A stretch of 64,000 nt of DNA from Mytilus californianus (taxonomy: Eukaryota), in NCBI RefSeq assembly GCF_021869535.1, contig NW_026262723.1, positions 88,970,001 through 89,034,000 of the forward strand, read 5' to 3'. Numbering within the stretch: position 1 is the first letter of the stretch; each line of letters opens with the position of its first letter. The notes beneath the pieces were generated by a model. The model saw only the letters and a list, made by a program, of their open reading frames with translations. It made no database searches and was not told where the DNA came from. This document shows positions 41,225 to 53,128 of this stretch, one piece after another. The position numbers and the translations under genes are program-made.

Positions 41225-41935
41225 CAGAAGATCCGCCATAAAGATGATGTCCTCTCACTAAATAATTCAAAGTTTGATGATCCTATAGAACTTCAAATAA
41301 AGGTTACCACAGATACAGTTAAACCTTTTTTCATATCTTGACTTACAGCTGGAAATTGAATGTTGGTTGAAAACAAAGAACGAAACTATACGAAAGAAAT
41401 GGAGGATTTCAGTTTACCAGCTTTGAACTTTCCCTGTCTATGTAGCAACATTCAAGCACCACTTGTTTATGGAGTATATATTTCCCGGTTGATACGATAT
41501 TCCAGAGCTTGTGTATTCGATTTTGATTTCTTTGAAAGAGGGTTACTGCTTACAAAAAAGCTTTTGAACCAATGTTTCCAAGTAGTAAATTTAAAGTCAG
41601 CCGTTTGAAGAAAGTTTTAAGGACACAGTCACGGGTTAGTTGACCGTTATGTAATATCTGTGTCACAGAGGACCACGAATGTGTTCCAATTGTCGTAATC
41701 TTGTACTTGCATGAGCAACACGACAAGTGTCACATATAGATCAGTAACTGCTTATCATTCCGGAGCACCTGAGTTCACTTCATGTTTTTGGGATCGGTTC
41801 GTGTTGCTCAATATTTAATTTTCTATGTGGTGTTCATTGGATTTGTTCGTATTGTCGTTTTTGGTTTTTTACCATAACTTGTTTTCCATTGACTTATGAG
41901 TTCTGGTGTCTTTGTATCTTCCGCCTCTTTTTACA
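41225..41935 (+). mobile_element. Decayed Penelope-like RT 3' fragment (family D), duplicated at 46215-46920
   Basis: DDVLSLNN remnant and ORF 41360-41608 (YGVYISRLIRYSRAC...LLTKKLLNQ), homologous to the intact ORF at 61219-61539. Confidence 0.75.
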
Positions 41936-42575
41936 TCAAAACGAACTGAGAATGCATAGAAAGCGATAATATTACTTGTATTTTCTATTTCCTTTTCCAT
42001 TATATAAAAAAAAAAAGAATAACTACGCGCGTTCGTCAATTAATATGTTGTTTGGTCACTTGTAATATGTTCAGTTATTGTTAACATTAGTATTTAGTTT
42101 ATCGGATAAAAATTTCAATAGCTACCTAAGTTGGGTGAGACATTACTATTTGAGAGAACATGAGAGTACAGATAAATGATTGTACGTGTAAAAAGGGTGC
42201 GTTAATAAGTAAAATGCATTGCTGCTATTTACACTGTCCGTGGGCAACCTGAGTTTAACTGAGTGAAAAAGTCAACATTGATAATGACTTTTGTAGCACT
42301 AGATTGAATACAGATTTATTGAGAAGCTTGACGAGAAAAGAAAGGTATAAAGGTATAAATTAAAGTGGTAGTTTTAACTGTCTGTTATAAATAGTAACCA
42401 ATTGATCAACAGGCTGAAAATTCATCAGATGTTATCATTTCGCAATTCAAGTTGTGTTAAGGAAAACCTAAAACGAATAAATATGTAATAAGATCAACAA
42501 ACAAACTAAGGGATAAAATGAAGATGGGTACAGTTTCAAATACCAAGAGTGGTTGATCAGCGAGGTGTTGTGATA

Positions 42576-42631
42576 ATGAATGGAATAAATAGTTCTTGGA
42601 TTATTTTATCTATTTTCTTATTGGCGAGAAG
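42576..42631 (+). CDS. Duplicate candidate first exon (MNGINSSWIILSIFLLAR-R); possible alternative exon 1 of the diverged Wnt8 paralog
   Basis: ATG at 42576; hydrophobic core; donor AG|GTAGGA in phase 2, compatible with the acceptor at 52424/52425; homologous to 47522-47577. Confidence 0.4.
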
Positions 42632-42780
42632 GTAGGAACTATGTTCACTTTCTTTTTATATGTTACTTTTTAAATACTAATGACCTAAAAAGAAAATAGC
42701 ATATAGAAACCAATTGCGAATGAAACTGATTTATAGTACAGTAAACTCTATTTCCTAAGTAATATTATCATCCTTATTGT

Positions 42781-43021
42781 ACTCGCATGAGCAACACGAC
42801 GGGTGCCACATTTGGAGCGGGATCTGCTTAGCCTTCCGGAGCCACTGAGATCACCCTTGGTTTTTAGTGGGATTCGTGTTGCTCAGTCCTTAGTTTTCTA
42901 TGTTGTGTTTTGTGCACTGGTGTTTGTCGTTTTGTCTTTTTCTTTTTTGCCATGGCGTTGTCAGTTCATTTTCGACTTACGAGTTTGAATGTCCCTTTGG
43001 TATCTTTCGCCTCTCTTTTAG
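42781..43021 (+). mobile_element. Family D retroelement 3' tail, inserted only in unit 1
   Basis: Matches 59800-60030 and the reverse complement of 60920-61150; missing from unit 2. Confidence 0.75.
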
Positions 43022-45012
43022 CTGTCACATATATCCAAGCACATTAGATAATTTTTCATTTTGGAAGTGAAATCTTTCAACGTATCAAATTTGAAAAAAA
43101 AACGTCAGGGGATGATCAAATACAAACGTTGAAGAATTAAGGACAGACAACACTATGGACAATAGAATAGAGACCACAATTTCTTTTATTGAATCCGTAT
43201 GAATTTGTAACCCGGATTTGTTTTTATCTCTATCGATTTATGAGTTTCGAACAGCGGTATACTACTGTTGCCTTTATTTATGGACTTCCCCTTTCTGAAT
43301 TTGCCTTGGAGTTCAGTATTTTTGTTATACTTTTTTTTGTTGCATGTCTAGCCTTGAATAGTCAATCATATGGATATTAAGAAAAATATTGTGGCGGCTA
43401 CAGAAAAAAAAATATCCATTATTTTTAATTGGAGAAGTTGTTATTCATGAGACACTAATAATATAAATACTTTATGTTTTACGTCTATTTTGCTATAACC
43501 AATTCTCTGACAGCTAATGGCGGATTTCCAAGACGTCACAAGCCTTTAACTATTTTTTTCCATGCGCATACTTGGTTTTTCCAGTGTAAATTACTATAGA
43601 AACAAATAAGCATCTAACCTCGTTAATTCTTGAACGACGTTATCATAGCTTAACTCAAAATGATGTTTAGAAGTGATGTTTTTATTAATTAAACATGTGT
43701 GCTAAATAATATATCAGTTAATGGCAAAATATGAACGAATACAGACACAGCGACAACTTGGTAATCCTCATTAAACAGGTCATACTGTTATAAACTGTAT
43801 TGATTGATGCATAGAAACACCTTAGCATTTTGTTATGAAACGATTCCAACATTCTTAACCTAGATAATTGTTAAAATGTTTGTTACTATTAAACAAAAGT
43901 AATTCCGACATAATATACTGTCGTTGTCTCATTCTATCATGTCTGTCTCGCATTCAAATTCTTAATAACCTTTGAGCCTTACGGCTCATCGGTGTATTCA
44001 AATACAGTATATACATATGGCATTACTGTTCATCAAACTATCTTGTGTCGGCTCTTTGATTTCTGGTTTAAAGGGTGGTATACACTATACACTTTGAACT
44101 ATGTTATGCAATAGTTTTAACGTTTTAAATTTTTTGATTATGGATCCAAAAGACCGCGAATAGAATAATTAGAAAAGAGATTAAAAAAATTAAAGTAAGT
44201 TATGATTTTTGTTCCTTTATACATACATGTACATTATGTGCGAAAATTATGATTCAAATAAGACAATTAAAAATAATATTCGTTAAGTTTCGCGTTTGGT
44301 TTCATATAATTGTAAAAAATTAAAAATGATTGTACACTTTTTGTAGATATTATGTAACATGTTAAAGAGGCATTAGCTACGAGACAACTGTCATATTCCT
44401 TGCTTGATACAGGAATTTTCCGAAGATTTTTATAGCTAGCTAAACCTCCAACTTGTATGATATTTGTTTATAGTTCCGTTATACTGATATATTTGGTGAG
44501 CAACCAAAAAAACATAATATCAATGTGACAATAATTGGGACCTAGGAGTCAAAACTGTGTAGACATACATCACAGACATACAACACAACTGACCTAAAAA
44601 TTCAAACAAACATACATATACATCTAACAAAGACGCCAACAAAAATGTTTTGTAGTTGATAGCAAATTGACAAAGACGTCGATAAAAAATGTTTGTAATT
44701 GAAAGTACATTCTGTATATAGTATACACTCTCTCGATAGAGTATACATTAAGTGAAATATGAAAACAAGGGTAAATAAAATGGAAACAACACTGTAAAAA
44801 CCTCTTTTGTCCGAATCGCACCTCAGGACCCACCTGCACCAGGACGGCAGAGTCAAAAACCCAATAGCGGGATGCATAAATACCGAGTCACGTCAAAAGC
44901 CATACGATCAAAAGACACATAATAGCACGAAGACAAATAAAGGGAAAATTGTAAAGTAAATAAAAAGATACACAACTTCAGCACCCATAATCTATAACTG
45001 AAGACCATCTTT

Positions 45013-45410
45013 TCTCAAATTTTCATGCTATTTTCACATTTCTCGATCGGTATGAGAAAATTATTTCTCATCTCTAGACAAAACTTTGTTCTCAGCAAAT
45101 GATTGGCCCAAAGTCAATTATGACGTCAAATTTTCTTGATTTCTACTGAATTTCCTATTGTGACGTCATGAAGAAAAGGCGGCCATGTCTGATGACGTCA
45201 CGTATAAAGAACACATCTTTCTGCAAAGTTTTGAAAAAGAAGGGTAAACTTCCACCACTATATCTCGTGTATTACGATATTTCTCCACTCTCAAAAGTTA
45301 AATTTTATTTTTTTTTAAGTTCGACAGGTCTCGCGCTTTAGATATTGAAATTTAACTCTCGAGTGAAAAAATATCGTAACACAATTGATGCAGTGATGAA
45401 ATTTATATGA
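45013..45410. mobile_element. ~400-bp insertion interrupting family C, with three TGACGTCA sites and an internal inverted repeat
   Basis: Flanks AAGACCAT and TTGTGAAGTAG are nearly contiguous in the 18608-18640 copy; TGACGTCA at 45121, 45161 and 45193. Confidence 0.55.
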
Positions 45411-46214
45411 ATTAGTTGTGAAGTAGTCACTGAATATTTATCTATTAGGTCTTGGTACTTTCCGATGAACACAGTTGTTTCCCAAAATAATATGTTTCCT
45501 CCAAAAATATTTTACAAAGATGTTAATGTATGTAAAATATCGTTTGGGATAAGGCCTCTTCTGATGTCTATTTTGTCCTAATAACTATGCGTAAAATGGC
45601 CATTTTAGATCAAAGATGTTAATTTCAACATGTTTATGCCATCATAGTGACATCACAAGTGACCTTTAGGCTCTAAACTGTCCAGATTATATCAACCTGT
45701 TCATTTATCAATAAAATTAACATAATTTTGAAAGACTTTTGACTTTGATTTTACTATTTTTGCAATCATACGGACCAAATAATGGCACTTACCATACCTC
45801 CTCCTTTACTGATTGTAAATTTTTAAATGAGCCTGGATTAGGATGAAAGGTCATGCATGCATAAAAGGCAGCGCTTACTTTGTCCAAGAATCCTATTTCA
45901 TCCGTCAAAGCGATTCCCTCAAATATTTTATCATGAGATGTGTTTATGGATTTTTGAAATATGAAAATCAGTAAATTACTGCTTTTATTTTTCACTCCTC
46001 TTTTGACTAAATGTGGATTCGAATGGGGGGAGTGCATGTGTAGCAGGAGACGCTTATCTGGATGCAATTCATCGCTTCTTTTAGAAATCTTGCTATTCAA
46101 CGAAAACCTTGATTTGTATTTTTTTAATGGATTTATGAGATGATTAAACATCGGTTAACTACTGTTGTCTTTAACTAGGTCATACAAGTAATGGTATGTT
46201 AAAGACGTTTTCAC

Positions 46215-46920
46215 AGAAGATCCGCTATATAGATGATGTCCTCTCACTAAATAATTCAAAGTTTGGTGATCCTATAGAACTTGAAATTGACGATACTACA
46301 GATACAGTAAAACCTTTTCATATCTTGACTTACAGCTGGAATTTAAATTGAAAGTAGGTTGAGAACACAAAACAAAACTTGACGAAAGAAAGGGAGGATT
46401 TCAGTTTCCCATTTATGAACTTTCCATGCCTATGTAACAACATTCAAGCACCGACTGTTTATGAAGTAGATATCTCCCGGTTGATACGATATTCCAGAGC
46501 TTGTGTATCATGATTTCCTTGAAAGAGGGTTACTGCTTACAAGAAACCTATTGAATTGATGGTTCCAAGTGGTAAAGTTAAAGTCAGCCGTTCGAAAATT
46601 TTGAGGACGACGTCACGGGTTAGTTGACCGTTATGTTATATCTGTGTCACAGAAGACCACGGATGTGTTCCAATTGTCGTAATTTTGTACTTGCATGAGA
46701 AACACGACAAGTATCACATATAGATCAGTAACTGCTTATCATTCCGGAGCACCTGAGTTCACTTCATGTTTTTGGGATGGGTTCGTGTTGCTCAATATTT
46801 AATTTTCTATGTGGTGTTCATTGGATTTGTTCGTATTGTCGTTTTTGGTTTTTTACCATAACTTGTTTTCCATTGACTTATGAGTTCTGGTTGTCCCCTT
46901 TGTATCTTCCGCCTCTTTTT
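46215..46920 (+). mobile_element. Decayed Penelope-like RT 3' fragment (family D), unit-2 copy
   Basis: CGCTATATAGATGATGTCCTCTCACTAAAT (RYIDDVLSLN) and downstream tail; homologous to 41225-41935. Confidence 0.75.
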
Positions 46921-47521
46921 ACATCAAAACGAACTGAGAATGCATAGAAAGCGATAATATTACTTGTATTTTCTATTTCCTTTTCCATTATATAAAAAAA
47001 AAATAATAACTACGCGCGTTCGTCAATTAATATGTTGTTTGGTCACTTGTAATATGTTCGGTTATTGTTTATATTAAAATTTAGTTTATCGGATAAAAAT
47101 TCAAGAGCTACCTAAGTTGGGTGAGACATTACAATTTGAGTGTACATGAGAGTACAGATAAATGATTGTACGTGAAAAAGGGCTATTCACACTGTCCGAG
47201 GGCAACCTGAGTAAACTACTGGAAAAGTCAACATTGATCATGACTTTTGTAGCATTGGATAGAACGATTTATTGAGAAGCTAGACGAGAAAAGAAAGGTA
47301 TAAATTAAAGTGGTAGTTTTGATTGTCTGTTATATATAGTAACCAATTGATCAACAGGCTGAAAATTTATCAGATGTTATCATTTCGCAATTCAAGTTGT
47401 GTTAAGGAAAACCCAAAACGAACGATTATGTAATAAAGATCATCAAACAAACTAAGAGATAAAATGAAGATGGGTGCAGTTTCAATTACCAAGAGTGGTT
47501 GATCAACGAGGTGTTGTGATA

Positions 47522-47577
47522 ATGAATGGAATAAATAGTTCTTTGATTATTTTATGTATTTTCTTATTAGCCAGAGG
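47522..47577 (+). CDS. Diverged Wnt8 paralog, candidate exon 1 (signal peptide MNGINSSLIILCIFLLAR-G)
   Basis: ATG at 47522; hydrophobic core LIILCIFLL; donor GG|GTAGGC in phase 2 joins 52425 to give ARG-SLNEIL. Nearest compatible leader exon found. Confidence 0.55.
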
Positions 47578-47960
47578 GTAGGCATCATGTTCACTTTCTT
47601 TTTTATATGTTACTTTTTAAGTACTAATGACCTAAAAAAAAAGAAACCAATTGCGATTAAAACTGATTTACAGTGCAGTAAACAATATTCTTCAAAATAT
47701 TGTTAAATCTAGTTCACAAGTCATAGTATACTCTTTAGCTTTCTTATATATCCAAGCAGATTAGATCATTTTTCCGTTTGGACTTAAAGTCTTTCAACGT
47801 ATCAAATTTGAAAAAAAACGTAACATCAAGGGGATAATCAAATTTAAACGTCGAAGAATTCAGGACAGGTATCACCATGGACAAAAGAATAGAAACCACA
47901 ATTTCCTTTATTCAATCCGTATGAGATTCGTTGATTGTCAACATTTCAGCCGTTGACTGT

Positions 47961-49585
47961 TGTTTTTATACGACCGCCAAAAAATTTGTGTGGTCGTATA
48001 TTGGTATGACGTTGGCGTCGTCGTCGTCGTCGTCGTCCGAAGACACATTGGTTTTCGCACTCTATCTTTAGTTTAAGTGAATGGATCTCTATGAAATTTT
48101 ACCACAAGGTTCAATACTACAAAAGGAAGGTTGGGATTGATTTTAAGGGTAAAGGTACTAACAGTTAAGGAATTAGGGGCCAAAAATAAGCATTTTTGTA
48201 ACTTCCAGACATAACTTGTGTGTTAGTGTATGGATCTCTCTGACATTGTACCACAAGGTACCATACCACTAAAGGAAAGGCTGGGATTGATTTTGGGGGT
48301 AATTGCCTCAAAATTTTAGGAATTAGGGGCCAAAAAGGGAAAAAAAAACAAGCATTTTTCTAGTTTCAGGACAATAACTTGTGTGTAAGTGTATGGATCT
48401 TTTTGAAATTGTACTACAAGGTTCAATATCACAAAGGGAAAGCTGGAATTGAGTTTGGGGGTAATTGCCCAAAACGTTTAGGAATAAGGGGCCAAAAGGG
48501 GGCCACAAATAAGCATTTTTCTAGTTTCCAGACAATAACTTGTGTTCAAGTGTATGGATCTCTCTGAAATTGTACTGCAAGGTACCATACCACTACAGGA
48601 AAGGCTGGGATTGATTTTAGGGGTAATTGCCTCAACATTTTAGGAATTAGGGGCCAAAAAGGGGAAAAAAACCAAGCATTTTTCTAGTTTCAGGACAATA
48701 ACTTGTGTGTAAGTGTAAGGATCTTTATGAAATTGTACTACAAGGTTCCATATCACAAAGGGAAAACTGGAATTGAGTTTGGGGGTAATTGCCCAAAACG
48801 TTTAGGAATAAGGGGCCAAAAGGGGGCCAAAAATAAGCATTTTTCTAGTTTCCAGACAATAACTTGTGTTCAAGTGTATGGATCTCTCTGAAATTGTACT
48901 ACAAGGTACTATACCACAAAGGGAAGGCTGGGATTGATTTTAGGGGTAATTGCCTTAAAATTTTAGGAATTAGGGGCCAAAAAGGGGAAAAAAACAAGCA
49001 TTTTTCTAGTTTCAGGACAATAACTTGTGTGTAAGTGTATGGATCTTTATGAAATTGTACAACAAGGTTCCATATCACAAAGGGAAAGCTGGGTTAGAGT
49101 TTGGGGGTAATTGCCTTAAACGTTTAGGAATTTGGGGCCAAAAAGGGGCAAAAAAACAAGCATTTTTCTTGATTCCAGACAATAACTTGTGTTCAAGTGT
49201 ACGGATCTCTCTGAAATAGTACTGCAAGGCACCATACATTGTAACACAAAGGGAAGGCTGGGATTGAGTTTGGGGGTGATGAATCATAAGGGGGTTCAAA
49301 AAATTTGAGGAGGGATTTTCTTTTTTTTTTTCTTTAAAATTTTCCATTTTAATTTGGTTATTTCTGATTTATATATAAAAGCAAATAATAATGATATGGT
49401 TTGAATAGGTAAATTAAATTTTTTTTAAGTTCTTAGACTACATTCATTATGTGTCAAAAACCTATGCTGTGTCAAATATTTAATCACAATCCAAATTCAG
49501 TGATGTATCAAGCTTGAATGTTGTGTCCATACTTGCCCCAACAGTTCAGGGTTCGACCTCTGCGGTCGTATCAAGCTGCGCCCAT
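47961..49585 (+). mobile_element. Helentron-associated (HINE/DINE-1-like) non-autonomous element with an internal ~162-bp tandem array
   Basis: T-rich start; 5' hairpin TATACGACC...GGTCGTATA (47967-48000); (CGT)n at 48015-48037; about 8 monomers; 3' sub-terminal GCGGTCGTAT (49562-49571) is the exact reverse complement of ATACGACCGC (47968-47977). Confidence 0.75.
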
Positions 49586-50520
49586 TTTATTGTTTTTGTT
49601 TTCCTTCTTGTGTTTTTGTTTTTTTTCTTTATCTATTATATTGTTTTAGTGTAAAAATCATTTACACTGTTTCTGTTTAAAGAAATAAAAATCGGCAGAC
49701 CAATTGCACATTTGCTGCAGAAAAAAATTATCCATCAGTAATAATTGAACAAGTTGTTATTTATGATATACCAATAATATAAATATTTTATATTTTTACA
49801 TCTTTGCTTCACCCAATTCTCTGACAGCTGATGAAAGATTTCCAAGACGCCATAAGTCTTAAATTATTTTTTTCCATGCGCGTTTTTAGTTTTTCCAGTG
49901 TAACTAACTAAAGAAATAACTGATCATCTAACCTCGTTAATTCTTGAACGACGTTATCATATTTTAACTCAAAAGATGTTGAGAAATGATGGTTTTTTTT
50001 TTAATTAATTAAAGATGTGTGCTAAATAGTATAACATTTATATATATAATAATATGGTAAAGTATGAATGAATACAGACACAGCGATAACGTGGTAGTCA
50101 TACTGTTATAAAATGTATTGATAGATGCATAGATACATCTTAGCATTTTAGTTATGAAACGATTCCAACATTCTTAACCTAGATAATTGTTTAAATGTTT
50201 GTCACTATTAAACAAAAGTAATTCCGATATAATATACTGTCGTTGTCTCATTCTATCATGTCTATCTCGCTTTCAAATTCTTTATTAACTTTGGAGCCTT
50301 ACGGCTCATCAGTGTATTCAAATACAGTATATACATATGGCATATCTGTTCATCAAACTAAAAGGGGTGGTATACACTCTACACTTTTCACTATGTTATG
50401 TGATAGTAATTACGTTTTAAAATGTTTACCTATGGATCAAAAAGACTGCGAATAGAATTATTAGAAAACAGATAAAAAAAAACATAACGTATGTTATGAT
50501 TTTTGTTCCTTTATGCATGC

Positions 50521-50645
50521 ACCACCTCCGGGTGCGGGAATTTCTCGCTGCGTTGAAGACCCATTGGTGGCCTTCGTTTGTTGTCTGCTCTTTGGTCGGG
50601 GTGTTGTCTCTTTGGCATATTCCCCATTTCCATTCTGAATTTTAT
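50521..50645 (+). mobile_element. Very short 3' tail insertion of the 35983 family (another at ~51124-51229 inside the MITE)
   Basis: Reverse complement of 39997-40115; absent at the homologous site of unit 1 (~44220). Confidence 0.75.
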
Positions 50646-50780
50646 GTACATTTTGTCCGAAAATTATGATCAAATAAGACAATTAGAAATATTATTCGTT
50701 AAGTTTCGCGTTTGGTTTCGTGTAATCGTAAATAAAAAGAATGATTGTACACTATTTGTAGATATTATGTAACACGTGAA

Positions 50781-51559
50781 AGGGGCATTAGCTACGAGAT
50801 ATATTTAAAAAAGTATATTTTTATTTGTTCAATCATTAATGAAAGTGAAACAGTGAAATAATAATTCGCTTCTAGCAGCCATTTGGTTCAATTTTGTCAA
50901 ATCATCGCTGATGAATTATGCATATGCAAGTAAATAAAATTCAACCTCACTGAATCCGTATTCCTCGCCGTATTCATGTGACCTTATTTTAACACCTTAG
51001 CTGGACATGGGTTATGCATGTATTCAGCTATTAAAAGGAAAAAAATGTCACCATTGAAAGTGAAACAAGGATGAACCATTTCGTTGATTGATTCGATCCA
51101 CAAACATTCACTCTTATTCGCATTCTTCTCGCTGCGTAGAAGACCCATTGGTGGCCTTCGGCTGTTGTCTGCTCTTTGGTCGGGTTGTTGTCTCTTTGAC
51201 ATATTCCCCATTTCCATTCTCAATTTTATTATACCTTATACAGGTAAAAACGATGATAAAGATATTTTTTAAACTACAATATGAAATCAAACAGACCAAG
51301 AATATCCAATTGCACGTATTTATATTTATATTTATGTTTATATCTGGTTATATGACCATCGGAGGTCATCTTGATGGTTAATTAGATGACGTCTAGACAA
51401 AAATACATACGAAATGTTGATACATTTTATCGAGTCCATTCATTGTTAATTGTTTATTTAAGACTTTTTGTATTTTGGATATACTTTTTAGTATATTATA
51501 AATCAAAAATGAGAATTTGAGTCAAATCGATGAACATGAATTTGACAGCTAATACCCCT
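50781..51559. mobile_element. Second copy of the TTAA-type MITE, with a nested retro-tail
   Basis: Termini AGGGGCATTAGCT / AGCTAATACCCCT are inverted repeats; TTAA at 51560-51563; colinear with 14281-14975. Confidence 0.75.
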
Positions 51560-52424
51560 TTAAAGTTATATGATAATTTGTAAATGTGTGTATTATCTAT
51601 GTTTGGCACCGCTACTGCTTGCACATCTTTTTGTTTTAAAGCGTCCTTTCTTGGTAGGACTGTTTTTCATCAGTGTTAAATAACCATTCATTGGATAGTG
51701 ACACCTTGTGGGCGCTACTCCTTACAATGACTTCATATTTGGTAAGCAGCTTGACGGTATTAAGTTGAAACGCTTGAGAACTTTTATGATCTTGAACATA
51801 CATACTTCCTGTTATCCGATACTTTGATATTTTTAATATGTTGGGGGAAACCATATTTTGTAGACGTCCAGAAACCACATGTTTGGAAGTTTTTTGCAAT
51901 ATGGTCACTATACCTTGGAATCTAGTACTATGCAAATGTTTTCACAACAGTCCCTTAATAAAATAAAAAAAAAAACACATTTCCATGAAAATTGCAAAGA
52001 TAAGTGGTTTAATTACATAAGTTGGGACGGTAATTTATCAAATGTGCGTAGCAATTTTTCCGCAGTCTATTTTGACTCCATTACAATGTAACATAAAAAG
52101 CAGTGGGGACATTTCGCTACGGTCTTTATCTAATTTCATCAAGAAAGGTTTAACATGTCGGATTGCAAAAATGTAACTCCAATTCTTTAACTTGGGTTCT
52201 AAATAGTCAATGATCTCTGTTCATGTCGACGATTTTAATGCTTTTTCAGTTGTAGTCGATGTACTAACATATTTTACTTTTATAAATGCAAATCTATAAT
52301 AATTCTGTGACAAAAATTATTTTACAATACAATAAACTTTGATTGATTTCTATATGCTTAACGCCCATTTGGAACTAGCATTGATCGTTGTTATAAGTAT
52401 ATATTTTTTTTCTTTTAGCTGCAG

Positions 52425-52524
52425 GTCCCTGAATGAAATTTTAAATAGATCTACAGAAGAAGGACTGGTTTTCAATACCTTTACAGAGAATGTGGATTTC
52501 ATTGATTTTCTCGACCAACATTCG
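52425..52524 (+). CDS. Diverged Wnt8 paralog, exon 2 (SLNEILNRSTEEGLVF...QHS)
   Basis: Same CTGCAG|G acceptor and SLNEIL start as Wnt8 exon 2; donor TCG|GTATGC; 100 nt, phase 2 to 0. Confidence 0.8.
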
Positions 52525-53001
52525 GTATGCATTAACTTCCCTTTATCTGTAAACGAACATCATTTTGCATCTTTTCCGGCATAACTGAACTTTTGTACAT
52601 AAAACATGTTAAATTGTGAAAGTCGGTTGAAAAGAAGATAATTTTGTTGATCAATTATCTTAAAGAAGGGTTTACATGTTCTTGTTCGGTAGTCATCCAT
52701 AGTTATTGATTATGCTGTTCATATAAAGTTCCACATATTAACGTAAAAATGACAGACCATGTGTATGTGTGTGTATGTGTGCATTTTAGTTTCTCGTCAG
52801 TGATGCTCGATTGCAGATATGGTAAATCTGAAAGGACCAACCTGTGAGGTAGAGTAAACACAAGGAAAAGTAAATTAATGTTCATGAATTGCAGAATGCT
52901 AAAGGTAAAGTTGTAAACTTTGTTGTTCGTTTTTTGAAGATTTTATGAAAATACGTATTTTTTTTGTAGTGAGTTTTATAATATTTTTTCCATTTTAACA
53001 G

Positions 53002-53128
53002 GTAAATGAAGAAATCTTACATATTATGACCAATGGAACTTCTATAGCACAAGAGGAGTGCCAATATCAGTTCAAATGGGACACCTGGAATTGTCCAGTA
53101 GATATAGCAATGCTTGACAGAAATGATT
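53002..53128 (+). CDS. Diverged Wnt8 paralog, exon 3 (VNEEIL...AQEECQYQFKWDTWNCP)
   Basis: TTTTAACAG| acceptor and T|GTGAGT donor; 127 nt, the same length as Wnt8 exon 3. Not in the ORF track. Confidence 0.88.

Larger units (their letters stand above)
39745..44383. repeat. Tandem segmental duplication, unit 1
   Basis: 40545-42760 matches 45525-47700; 43020-43200 matches 47740-47920; 43490-44383 matches 49810-50798. Colinear, with substitutions and unit-specific insertions. Confidence 0.85.
44384..50798. repeat. Tandem segmental duplication, unit 2 (longer because of extra insertions)
   Basis: See unit 1. The junction at 44383/44384 joins the first 18 bp of a MITE directly to family C sequence. 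Confidence 0.85.

Noticed and set aside
40920-46151. Paired minus-strand ORFs 40920-41198 and 45789-46151 as a gene family
   Set aside because: They lie in the duplicated segment next to retroelement debris and differ by frame-disrupting changes; no splice or domain support.
48323-49347. Repeated ORFs MCVSV.IF.KLY.KV.YHKGK
   Set aside because: Products of the 162/324-bp satellite inside the Helentron-type element.
51727-51741. ATG...TTG|GTAAGC as exon 1 of the paralog
   Set aside because: Only five codons, phase 0, incompatible with the phase-2 acceptor at 52425; the phase-2 frame has a stop.
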